Shown in pieces: positions 12,253 through 25,800 of a stretch of DNA of 64,000 nt. The translations under genes were made by a program, and so were the position numbers. Position 1 is the stretch's first letter; each line of letters starts with the position of its first letter. Where the stretch lies: assembly GCA_030141605.1 (NCBI GenBank), contig JAQGDQ010000204.1, positions 186,001 through 250,000 on the forward strand. Direction: 5' to 3'. Under the pieces are notes generated by a model. The model had not been told where the DNA came from. It did not search any database and saw only the letters and a program-made list of their open reading frames with translations. Origin of the DNA: Tubiluchus corallicola (Eukaryota; Animalia; Priapulida).

Positions 12253-15200
12253 TATTTTTTTGCTAATTAATACTGCGCTAATATTAAAGTTTTGAAATAC
12301 TTTATAAAATATCAAAATTTGTGTTGCATTGCATTATTTATCCACTTAAAATGTGTGTTTCAGTCCGTTGCCCTGAGGGGCTCACAGCCTTGTTCGAAAA
12401 CATTCCTGTGATAAAAACAACAGAAAAAAGACATTTTGTCAATAATCAAAGAAAAGTTTTCAAATCACATTTACTTACAAGCCGAAAGTTATGTGTAAAG
12501 GCGTCGAAGAAATCGATCATCAAGCACAATAGATTCGTCATTAGGAAATCTCGAGATTAGAAAGAATTTTTAACACGGAATGACAACTTCTGCATCACTT
12601 ATATTGCAACAAAAAACAATTAAGAAAAATTGCCAATTAAGAAAAAAACAAGCTATTTCAACACATCCAGTAACAATGTTGACGGCGCCCTACATTTTTC
12701 AGACGTACACACATCGCATCGTGTTTTTGATTACGTTTTCTTGTGCACGTTTTAAAGTAACAGTTTCGATTTTCGGTGCGCATTCTTTTTAAAAGGAGCG
12801 AATTGATTTAACGCAATTTGGCATCGTACGGCACTTGGCGAGCTGAATCTCAAGCGAGGTTCAGCATCTAGTGTCAAGTTGGTTTAGCCCAGTTGTCAAG
12901 AATTCTCAGTAAAAATTGTAGGAGTGAAGCATTACTCTTTAAGCATCTTGCACAAAAACACAAGCAATGCAAAACCTACACAAGTACCATCAGCATAATG
13001 TTGAAAAAGGTACTAAATGAGATTTAAACAGGTATACGAAAGCAGCGCGATCATGCATGATGTAATGATGAGTTCTTGTAATAGTTCGTAACGGGGTTAA
13101 TAAAAATAAGGTACGTAAACAGTGTTTGGTGCACCTGTGAAGTTTTTGCACCGTGAAATGAATTCTACGTTATTAAAATCCTCAAATCCTCAGAGAAGTC
13201 AGAATTTTCTTTTGAATGTATATGGCGAGTAAAACAGGCGTATTTCAGTCATATAGCCGAAAGTTTCAACCTCAAGTGACTTAGTATGTTGTTGACTACC
13301 CTTTTACTAAGTGGAGGGTAATATGTATTTTTAAAATGACCCTTTTCTGATTTGTTTAAATAGTGGACTTGAACTTGACCTATCAAAATTTCGTGTACTT
13401 CAGCCGAATTTACGCATGCGCTTGTTGTGTGAACGATGACATTAATGAAAATGTAATTGTCAGTTACGTCGGTACTTTTATTTATCACTCGATCTGATTG
13501 TTATATTTTCAAATTCTGCTTCATTAAACTAGAACATCCTATCTTACAGGTTATTAAACCTATTATTATGTTTGTGATTTTATTAAATAAACCCATAACT
13601 GCCATTACAGAATAGCACGTCAAAACTTTTGAAGCAAAAACAAGCGAATAACTTTTCGCAGTATCCGTTGCAAGATTTATTAGTAATTTCCCTCGGTATT
13701 AGACCTATGAGCCACTGAGTCATTAATATATTCCCGGTCATAATCCAGCTGCCAGCAGTCTTCAATGTCAGGCATCGTTACTCTGTTCCCAGATATAATC
13801 CGCGTGGATTTATTAACGAATGAAACTCTTTATTAACTATTGACATTTTGAGGCTAACGATGTAAAAAGGTAAAGATCGTGCTGTTCAGGCCCAGCTTGA
13901 CGGGCAACTTATTAAACACGCCATTAAGGTGATCTGTTCGTGAACCCAGTTAGTTGTAACGAACAGAACTGCTGTTGTTCTGGCCTTAATAATAATTTAG
14001 AGGTATGAAAGACCTATATTCAAATTAGTTCAGCTGCGTGTCTCTAAAATATTTCGTCAAATGGTAATGTGGTTGTTCTGTCGTTCTTTGCTGTGCAATG
14101 AAATGTGTTAGAGAATTTACACATGATGATAAGCTGATTAGCATTCATTTTTTAGATTTACTTCATTAAAACAGTTAGAACTTTTGAAAATTTGAAAAGC
14201 TTGCGGCTCAGTCTGGATTTAAATTACTGTATTATTACCATCAACTTTAATTTTTTGATCCATGACGTTTCAAACCCACAGTTAATTAAATTTTGATATA
14301 ATTATTGGTTTTTGCACAAATAATGTTTGTTTTCGCGAACCTGAGAGAAAATCAATTCGGAGATGGACATGAGTTCCAATAAAGCAGGTATTGCCTGTTT
14401 TATTACATACTATATACACCACATAAATCATAATGAATCGCAATAATCGCGAATCATCGCTTATTATGATTCGTTTAGCATCCACTTATCTGCGCAGTTA
14501 AAAAATTTAAAGACTTTTTTTGAAATAATCTATTTTACAAACAATATCTGTCAAGGTTTTGAAAGTTTTCAAATCGGTACATTGCCTACAGTTTTATTGT
14601 CCAATAGTACATCAAAAGTTAAAACTTTGTAAATTGGCAAAATACTTACGCCGTTGCAGATTTATAGAAATCAGGACAAAAAATTGCTTAACTGCTTTTG
14701 TTGACCTTGTTAAAGAAGTTTTTTGCAAATATTTCGTAAACTTATTAAGCAAATTTATTGTCATCCATTCACAGTTATCCGTGGCATTTCTCAAAGAAAT
14801 ACAATTTCAGCTATATTCTTATTGCAAATTTGCAATTGTACTGCAATTCTTTTACTTGAAATCTGATTTTAGTAATTTTAAAGTCGAATATGCACATCCG
14901 CATATAATTTTTAAATAAAGAACAACATCATCGACACTGACACCGACAGCGACAACGACAACAACAGAATTGGCGATGCAATACAGTGCTTTACTTTTTA
15001 CTTTACATAATATTGTCAATAACAAATGCCAAATGTACAATATGGTCTAAAACCATATTGCCCGTACATAATTTTAAAAATGAGAAATAACAGTCACATA
15101 TTTTTTAAATAACATTTTTTATAAAAGTTAAAACGGAAGAGTGGTTATGTAAAGCCACAGAATCTGTATATCTTTCGAAATTACGAATCGAATATGTAGA

Positions 15201-17620
15201 AAACATAACAGTGAATCTGCAGTGACTAAGAGAGGATTTTCTTCAAAAGCTTCTGAAATTTTGGAATAATTCAAATGCTATACGTTTGAGACTAACTCAG
15301 CCTAAACGCTGTGTAGGCAGTGCCTTGTGGTTATAAGGTATTGGTCTGTGCGTATTCTCCACCTTACTCTAATTTCTCCGAATTTAATAGTGGCTCTTTT
15401 AGTTTTTGACTTACACCGACAGTTTTTAAACTTATATCAATAATGTAATTAATACAATATATTCTATTTAATTATTAATTATAAATGGATAATTAATTCC
15501 CAAATTACTGCTACTTTAATTAATTCGTTAAGGTAAAGCAATTCGATCTCAAGTAAACCTGCTTGACGGAAATGATAAGATGTTTGTTATTTAATTGTAG
15601 GACAAGATTATGTCCCATCTAAACTAGCAATGTCCAATGGCCTCGTCGATTCAGTTGGGGAACGTGTAGGTGTGTTTTCCAGTCCAGCACCTGCCCCGTA
15701 ATCGCAACCAGCATGAGGAGCAACGTGATTGAAGTCTGGCGGTTTCTTCCTATAAATTTCTTGCCTTCGATTCGTATTTTTACGTAGTTACTACTGGTTA
15801 TAGAATTACTGGTTACTGCGGATTCTCAGTAAAGTGTCAACTTTTGTCCGCAGTTAAAAAGTCGGATGACTCAGTTTTCGTTAAACTCCTGCAGGCAGAG
15901 TTGTTTCTGTAAAAATGGAAGCAGGATCAGAGTTGTGGCTATTTTTACATATTTTTTGAATTCGTTTCATGTCACTGGTTTAGAAAGTTTACAGTGCACA
16001 AATCAGATCGATCGGCCACATTTCTTTTAAACAAGCAACAATCGATTTTAAGCCGTACTGCATACAAGCAGAAGTAATTTTACAAGGCATTTTTATTTTT
16101 AGTATCAACACACTGAAAGTCAAGATTTGTTAATGGCAAAACGCGTCAGGAGAGCTTATATTTCTGTGTATTATATTTTTATGAATAAAATATTACTTCC
16201 AAGGAAACTATCATTTTGGGTAACTTGAGTAGTAGCTCTATAAAGGGAGTTTATTTTGCAGTGATGTTGTTGAAGTAACTGTAAGACGTTGTCATCGGTT
16301 TTTAATATTGTGCGTCGCAATAGAGTTGCCCGTATTCAAAATCTTTACGAAAAAACGGATCCACGGCAACGATAAATAATGTGCTAAACTACCAGGCCGT
16401 TGAGCAGAAAATAGTCCGGACTAGTTAAACTTGATTTTCCTATCGTTCTTACTACAGTATTTCCTCTAAAGCTTTGCTTTCTTCTTTAGTGTCAGTACGT
16501 TGGTTCAAGTTTATGGATCTCAGTTATATTAAAGCAGCAACAACAGCTTATTTCTGCTTTCCATAATCTACTGTATTATCTAGAAATATGTTAATGCACT
16601 CGATGATCAAGCACTTACCTTCATGGTTTACATGACCAAGTATTGATATACGACTAACCATTCAAATGAATTGAATTGCCATTTTTTATTTGTTATGATA
16701 ATTTTTTGTCTAAGCAAGAGTATATATTAAGTTAACAAACGCAATAGAATTTAGCTCATACAAGTGCAAGCCACCCTTTTCAACTGCGGACACTCTATCA
16801 CCTTAGCAGTATATCACACAGTCTTTTACGGGCAATGAGATAACAAATTTCTTTAGAGTGACTTTTGAAACAGAATATGATGTGAATGCTTGAATACAAA
16901 TGACGGGGCGACTAAATTTGCAACCTGCTGTTCAGGAGGAATTTTTGCAAGTGTTGCTAACGTCTGATAGATCAACGGCAACCTCTACATGGGAGTGCAA
17001 ACTTCATGAACGTGTGACTTACTAGTTAAATCATAGCTAACCTTTCGATTCTCAGAGAGACATTAATTACTGCAAGAAGTACAACATCAGCAATTACAGG
17101 GGTAATTATTCCGGGACGAGGTCTCGCGGTGTTAGCTAATCGCAAACGCTCGCATTTCCAATGTCTTTACTCAACGAAGAATTGTTAAATCAATGTTCCA
17201 GTGAAATGACTGTAGGAGGTAAATGTGCGAGACCTCACGTCGAAATATCGGAAATAAGATCCCCAACCCAAACGCATAGTACGAGGATTAGTGTGGACCG
17301 ACTAGAAATTTTATTTTTGCCCAGTATTTTCTGAGTAGTGCTGTGAATGTCCAATGCTCCGATATTTGACAACTTCAATAAAACCCGTTTAAAACAAAGA
17401 CTCGCATCATCAGGCCACTTTAGCCGAGGCCTGAAAATCATTTAACGTCCTTACAAGTCAGTTTTGGTGAAACCGCCTAACAAAAGAGCTTAAGAAAAAC
17501 AATCTTGTCTTGAGGATAACATCAAGCACAGCTCAAAGTAACAAACTTTTTTGGCTGTTTGAAGCTATTTGGAGAATCCAGTTAAGCTGTCAAACCAGGT
17601 AAAACATGGTGACTGTAGAT

Positions 17621-18480
17621 GGCTGTTTCACTTTCCTCAGAACCATCTGGTAATATGGTTCTAAACCTTCTTTCAAAATTCTGTTGTCATTAAGAAGAAA
17701 TGACAAATCGATAAATAATTCCGTAATGACGGCTAGTGAGCAGTGGAAACATAGATTTCTTTTTAATAAAAATGTTATCAAGTATGACATTGTGGCTCAT
17801 TGATATTGTAGGTTATTTATCAAACTGATGCTGAGATTCTTTGAGACTAAGAATGTGAAAACTTTAAGAAATGCCAAACTAAATCTAACTTCATGTACGG
17901 CCGCAATGTTTAGGCCATAAGACCTTATTTCTGTAGTAATTATTAAATGTATTCTTCTCAGACAGGTTGTTGGGGTGTCATCCTTGTGGTTGATGGACTT
18001 TGTTTAAGAGGTTAGGGGAGGCGATACATGCATTTTGTTTTACACTTGATAACTCAAACAGTTTAGTGCTGTTAAGATTGTTGTTGTTTGCAGGAAGCGT
18101 GCAAGAATCGCCTCCCCCTACCACCTTTCAGCAAAACCCTCAATCCCAAAGATAAAAACCTCAGCGATCTGTCTGACAAGAAGACTTTTTGTAACAGCTG
18201 CATTCATATGGCTGTGTATGAAGTTAGATTTAAATTTTACATTTCTTAAAATTTTCAAGTTCTTAAGCGTAAAACGGCATCAGTTTGACAAATAACCTAC
18301 AATAGCAATGATCCACAATGTTATGTTTTACAACATTTTTATTAAAAAGAAACCAACGTTTCCACTAGTCACTAGCAGTCACTACTGGGTTGTTATTTCT
18401 TCTTAATGGTAACGGCACTCAGGTTTTCAAAAAGGTTTAGAATCACATTAGAAGATATCTTTGAGGAAAGTGAAACAGCG
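17621..18480. repeat. Long diverged palindrome (arms about 17621-18030 and 18100-18480), same unit family as 9462-9805
   Basis: gctgtttcactttcctca (17622) pairs with tgaggaaagtgaaacagc (18462). tttttaataaaaatgtt pairs with aacatttttattaaaaa, and ggggaggcgat pairs with atcgcctcccc near the centre. Confidence 0.9.
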
Positions 18481-19544
18481 TACTAAAAATGCTTTCACGG
18501 CTTCGTCTTGTAAAATTTAGAAATATGCGAAGTGAGTGATTTTGGTTATTTATAGAAGGCTTCCAGTTTGTGTATTTGTAGTGTGCGTTTTTCAACCACC
18601 TCTTTATCGTTTCTATTTTTAGAAATTAACAGCTATTCGAAAACTATTCATGAAACTATTTGAAATTATTAAACAATTATTATTAAAGTTATGTAATATT
18701 GCCATTTTGCTTTCAAATGCAATGCACACAGTAAGTTCTACTTTAAACAATATGTTATAAACGCAAACTTATAAACCTACATTTTTTTCAAAAACCATAA
18801 AATGTCTCGGTAGAGGTCGTAAACTAAGCTCTATGGCGTGATAATAGTTACTGCAATTTTCTGTGCACTATCCACACATGGTTTTCCTCTTAATGACATG
18901 ATTGAAACATGGCATCATGATGGTGTTTATTCGCTAATTACTGAGTTACGACTTGTGCATGTGCAATGCACAATACAACACACGCAATATGTTGGCTCTA
19001 TGAGGGGGCGCATGCAAAACCAAAAAATGATCTTAGGTTTCTTGTTACTCATTTTAGTGAAGTTGTAAGATTGGGTGTTAACAACCTGCGATCTTTGATT
19101 TCTCCCACGAGTAATGTTGCAGCATTAGCAAACTATCGGGGTCTCCTATAAGGCTACAGCCCAAATAAGAACACCCTTTTAAAAGTCGTAATACTGTCAA
19201 TTTGCACGTGCGTGAAAAACGAAAACTTCAGTTAATATTCGACACCGTTAGTCCCCTGTCATTGTGTATCAGCAACGATGTTCATAAATTATTCAGCTTC
19301 ACGCTTAGCATTTACAACCTTTACGCGAATTTTGTCTTTACGGAAGTTTTACAACAATGAACGTAACGACCATTATGTAAATACATTTCTGCAGAATGGC
19401 CTACCTAAATCTTTTATGGCGATTCAGTTTAGATTTTATGTATTTCTTTACACCCAATTTGAATGCCTGTTTACTGCTAATTTTACGTTATACATTTAGC
19501 CAGACAGGCATTGCGTATTAGCTAGAATGTGCGTAATTTTATAT

Positions 19545-19568
19545 AGTGTTTGTTTGTTTGTCATGTTC

Positions 19569-19612
<44 letters not shown>

Positions 19613-19817
19613 GACTGACTGACTGACTGACTGACTGACTGACTGACTGACTGACTGACTGACTGACTGACTGACTGACTGACTGACTGACTGACTGACT
19701 GACTGACTGACTGACTGACTGACTGACTGACTGACTGACTGACTGACTGACTGATTGACTGACTGGCTGACTGTCTGTTTGTCAGTTTGTTTATTTTTGT
19801 TTGTTTGTTTATTTGTT
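19545..19817. repeat. Compound tetranucleotide microsatellite (GTCT)n(GACT)n with GTTT flanks
   Basis: Directly visible in the sequence. Confidence 0.98.
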
Positions 19818-22800
19818 TCCCCGATTTGTGTATGTATCAACATTATAATACGCTTATTTATTTATCTTTGAGCGACAAAATGAATTTACCTGCGTTTTCC
19901 TGCTTGTTTGCAAATGCTATCACGTCTGCTCAGTTGTTTGGAATGCGAGTAAATTGTTTAGCACCTGGTTTCGGCTTCAGGAAACTCTCATAAAGTCACA
20001 GAGTTATAAAACCAATTATAGAATTGTAAGAGTTATAGAATTATAGGTTCCTACTATGAGCATTCGTAAAATTGTAACATGATATAACGTCAGGTTCAGA
20101 AACCGATATTGAAAAAAAACAAACGTTTGTACAAATGTTAATACAAATTTCAAGCAAAATAGTTACTAGTTAATTTAAATTTAACACCTAGCGCCAAAAC
20201 TCACTGAATTGTTAACCCATATCAGTTTAAAAATATTTTATTGTGGTAAACGCATTTAATTTATTAGCACCTTACATGCCTACTAAGCATCTCTTCTTAA
20301 GCATTTTGTCATATCAACGTAATAACTGCAACATAAGCCTGTTTTGTATTGTGGGCTGTCACTTTGCATGTGAAAGATTCCCATGCTACAATGCCTGCTT
20401 ATATATTATCATGCTGACTGAACACCGTGCCATGGCGACACATATTGACCCGCATTTCAAACGGGAGACTTGCACGTGATACGTGACATTTGCTTTTTGC
20501 GTCTTTTGGTCAGTTGTAAAAGTATATTAATTCTTTAAACGCAGAATAAATACATTGTTAATCGATGAATGTCCGAAAACTGCTGTTCATCACGTGATCA
20601 TTAACATCCAAAGCGTTCGTACTTTTAAAAGGACCAAAATTAATTAAATAATTGGCTTAATTAAAACTTTGTCTGAACTGCCTCGGTCTGGATTAGATTT
20701 CCTAATTTGAATCGGTTGATATAAACAAGAAAACGAGTTTCTTTTTGCTCCAAAAAAGTGCGTAATAGAACCGTTTTATCACAGTTAAGGCAGCGAAAGC
20801 GTGTGTAGTATAATTATGATGATAAATCCGTCGGCGTTATTATTGCATCACGGCGACGATTTTTGTTTGTTATATTGATTCGCAACGGTAATGAGAAATG
20901 GTTTTTACGTATTTTGCTATAATGGGCGTCTACTAAATCACGAGAACTACAGTAGTGAGAACTGTGAGCTCATGTGAAATTATGTGTTATTAAGACGTAT
21001 AGACCGTGAAAAGAAAACTTATTTTGTAAATGCCGATGGTCGCGTTCTTCTTTATTTTAAAGCATAACTATTGGGCTGAGATAAACTAATTATATTAATT
21101 GCTAGGCCAATGAAAGGCACGTTTGACTAAATTGCGCGAATTGTTTTTATCATCTATACCCATTCTTCCGCCTGCGAGTCAATCAACTGTAAGCTAATCA
21201 ATCACTGCATCTTGATTAATTACATGTGCAGCTGCAGCTGCCTGTCCTCCTAACTCAGTGCATCACCGAGATCTTGCCCAGTAGACTGGGTAATAAAGTT
21301 CCTAGTTTTAGAATCAAACTCCAGTTCCTAGTTCTCTGGCAAGAAAAATAAACTAATTTCAGTTCTAAATATCTCCGTGACAAAGGAACTAGCAACTAAT
21401 CCAAGTTCTATTTGCTCTGATTTTTTACAAGAGGAGCTAGTTCCAGTTACTAGTTCTTTTGCACCAAAAAAAACTTTTATTAATTCCCATTCGCTCCATT
21501 GTTTTCTGTCTCTCATGCACAAAAAAACACCAAACATTAAATGACCTAAAATAGTCGACACCTACTTAATATTCTTGACAACATCTTCTTTCTAGGGACC
21601 TAATCAAAATGCAAAAATTCGCAAAAGTTAACTTTCTGTGATAAAAAGAAAATATCATAATTCGAAATTCCGTTAATTTAAAAAAAATCAGTCAATTCTA
21701 TGTTCCGTTTTGTTATAGTGAACTAGATTCAGTTCCAAGCTCTTGAAAGTTCCAGGAACTTCACACTTCTACAACCAGTCCGAAGGATTGTAAACAGAAG
21801 AGAAATAGTGCCCAGTGGTTCTCGAGCGGCAATGAAATCCATTGAAGATCTGGCCTGAAGGTATCAGTAGTTTCTTAGCCTACGAAATAGTACGCATATT
21901 GACTACACGTCCATTCGTTGCCTTCAACAATTGATCAGATTGTGATACGGTAGATTAAACCTGACTAGCCAAAAGCGGTACGTAATGATACTAGGAAGGG
22001 TAACCACCCGTTGGTTCCACAGGGAATCAAGCCATTAATCTTCTTGTGGTACAGTTCCACTGGTTTTGATCTAAGATGGCTTTCAACACGGCACTGTTTT
22101 CAAAGTCAAAGTTTTTCTCATTTTGCCAAATTTGAATTTATTCTCAGTTAGTACTTTTTGGTATTATCATGACTCGTAGGCTGATTGGCTGGTTGGTGCG
22201 CTGGTTAGTTGGCTGGCTGGTCATTGGGTAGCTGGTTTTTGCTCGCTTGCTCATTTGTTTTATTGCCTGCCTGATTATTAACGCTAGTTACTTAAGTAAC
22301 ATTGAAATTAAATATGTGCATGTGCATTTAAATTATATAATTTCTTCGCGAAAATGCAAAAAAAAGTTCATTGCACACAGAAACCGCTCGCTTTTTTAAG
22401 TTTTTTAAATATATAAGTTACAGGTAAAGTATGAACAAATCAGCCAAAGCATCTAAAATAGTTACATGTAATGCAAAAGTCTGTTTAGGCAAAGCATGTA
22501 ATACTTAGATTTTGAATATATTTTCCACGGGCATTTTATGGGATACTGAATAAATTTTAGTTAATGTAGAAATAAAACAAATAGTCGATAAAACAAATTT
22601 CCTATGCATTTTATATAACTGACATTTTATATAACTAGGCATTTTTTATGTTTAAAAGCGGCCTACTATTTTGCATTGACGAAGTTTTTTGCTTACCGTT
22701 GGGGCACCACAGCATTGAGAATATGTGCCGAAAATTACTGTAATCATTTTAAAGTCATTTTACGCAAAAATACTTTTAGCCTTCATCAGCGAGTTTTAAA

Positions 22801-25800
22801 TTCAAGCAATGAAATCGTACGCAGTTTTATTCATAATACTGATATCATTTTAACTTCGAATATATTTGCCCATTGGGAATATACACTTATTAACCCTTTT
22901 TTACATATTTAGCTTACTAATTCTTTGCTCTTTGTGTAAATATTTATTTTATTTGTCGTGATTTTTAACTACGCTTTGTTTATTGTTCTATTGTACCTTT
23001 TATGTACTGAAATAAATGTAAAATAAATAATTAAATAATAATAATAACCTTAATTCTATTTTAAGGAATTATGAAATAAGTCGTCTTTTAACGTGCTTGG
23101 AAGTTGGTATCGTAAATACATTCATTCACTTGTGTCACTGACCCTTTTCTTGTATCCGAAAATTTAAGTTCAGCACGGTAGCGAAGTACAGTGTGTCCAA
23201 ATATCTACACACCCGTTCGTCTTCTGTGGAGCTGACGTAGATGGCTTAGGAAATCAGTTATTGCATGAAGCGTTTGTCAGTCGTTACTTCACTGAATAGT
23301 ATTTTATGAGGAACCTGCTCTGCTGCATTCTGACGACATGTCCTGTCCAGTGAAGACATGTATTCGCTGATAATGTTTCATGCTGCCTTTTGCTGTTTCG
23401 AGGATAGCGATGCTGATGATTAATCGTATTTAATGTTACGATGGATCAAGGGAAACCTTCGAGCTGTTTGACGTCACGATAATAAAAAGTCCAAGCTTCG
23501 CAACCGTTAAACAAGGTTCAGATGACGACAGTTTGATAGACAAAGATTTTCGTTTTCGGGTGTAAATCATTACTTTCAAAGACAACGAGTTTATGAAAAG
23601 TCACATGACCTGCTCCTAGTCAATGTCCCACACCTTATTTGGAAGTGCATTTGTACGTAGAAGAACAGGCTTCCTAAGTATGGAAAATGATCCACCTGGT
23701 CAAGCGGATTGTCAGACATGGTGATATTGCATTCATTGCTAATAAAACAATTAACTCACCGACATTTTTGACCGCCTTGTTGATGTAAATACATTGACTC
23801 TAAGTTGATTTCTTCGCTCTGTACAATGCCTAGATAATGTATAAAATATCACATTTATAAATTTTACACATTGCTTGTAACATATGTATATATATTTAAA
23901 ACATGAGTTTAAAAAAACGATTGGGTTTTAATACAAACTTTCTTTTTGTTGTTTTTTATTATTATCGAATGGCTGCACAGTGGCTATACACATATTAAGC
24001 AGTTAAATTTTAATGTAAACTTCGTGAGAAATCCTGAAGCGTGTCTATCAAGGCCTAAAATTCTTCAGTAGGAAAACTATCAAGGAAATTCCTTATAAGG
24101 TGTTTTTGTGAAACACACCATAGAAAACAATGTGTTCCATACTCTGGAGGAATGCCGAGAGGAATTTTACCTGGAGGAATTTTGCCGCCCGTCCTTTGTG
24201 TGAATTGGGCCTTACTTAAAGTGCAGCAACTACCTGTTTCACGTGCTAGTTTTTAAAATTTTGTTTTTTTTTGTTACAGAAGTATCCACTAATAAGCTGC
24301 TATTGAATTACTCATAGACAATAAATGGCGTTTTTGACTTTCCAAAAATAGCGGAGCTTGTTTCACGAAGAGAGATATTTGCAATATCCTTTCATTTTTT
24401 GCTTCATTCTTTTCTTCTTGCGCTACAGGCGAGAAATATAAGAAAGCTTGCAGACTGAATAACAGTTTGAACAACCATGCTCGACAGCTTGGCAACCGAA
24501 CAATTTGCTGTCGTAATCATTAACTTTTGCTGTAAGTAATGGCTTAAAGCAAGCAGCACATCACTTTCCTCTATAGATCCAGTCTAGAAGAATTCTAATG
24601 TCACTTACATTTGGGTGATAATTTATCATTTTCAATTTTTCTGGTAGTTTTGCCTCGCCGCGAATAAAGCTTAGTCAAGAGGTAATTGGTAATTCTGCAG
24701 ATTTTTGTTTTACATACATTAGGTACTTCGATCATATGTGATTTAATTTAATTTTGTTATATTATGACGCTTATTTTAAATTAGAAAAAGTCGTTTCACG
24801 CGAAATGTCCTTCAAACAGTCATCTCCTTTTGAGGGGATAGTGGCGCAGTATGCATAATACGCCTCCCTACGTCTGAAGCCTGTGTCATTAATTACAATA
24901 GAGCACAGGACCGATGAGACTATACATTCCACGTATAATGTCTCTCTATTCTGCCCACAACTATTCATCATCGCCATCATTTGCATCCACGAAGAGCTCA
25001 AAGCATCTTCTGCATCCGGAAAAACTAATTATGAAGAGCGAATAGGACGACGAGTATACAGGCAATTTTATAAGAATCAATTTACGGCGACGAAGTCAAT
25101 TAAAGTCGTTTGTAGCATCATATTTGTAGTTTTGAGGCAGAAAACAGAAAAAGGAGCTTGTGCTCGTAAACGCTGTGAAGTTCTTTGTCGGGTTATGTTT
25201 TAGTGCGCTAGCGTCATCAGTTTTACTGATGTTCATCACATATATCTGCTGCCATACATCTATTATATCAAAACATAATCGAAAATATAGATTAGGTGGC
25301 AAATAATTTTGAATACAAGTGCCAATAGGCTTCTTCCTAGGAATTTTGCTTGCAGACAATCAAAACAACGATGGAATTGCCGGGTAATATGTCACACGTT
25401 ATGTTAAAACTGACATAATTATGTTATTAACCTTAGTTACTGCAGTGATTGATCAATGAAAACTTCGCCACAATGAAATAGGCCTTAAATGTGACTCCAA
25501 ACTTATAAAAGCTAGCGTACTTACAGTACTTGTTTGTCTACTGGCAGTATCTCTTTGCGATTATACAGACAGTGAATCAAGTGTATATACTTTTGCTTTA
25601 TAAACAGAGCATAGCCTGCATAGTCTATAATAATCTCTGAAATGGCATCTACAGTAATTTTGTTCCTGTGAACGATACTGTCGAGAGTTAGGCGAAAAAA
25701 TATTTCTTAGTAAAAAATACCCTAATGCCTTTTTCACGTTGTGCGCTTCATGAGGTTAATACGCAGTGACCGCAATTTCAGAGCACCCACGTAGACTATG

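Noticed and set aside
17085-17145. Kringle-like NYRGNYSGTRS fragment
   Set aside because: The required Cys and Trp residues are absent and a stop follows immediately.
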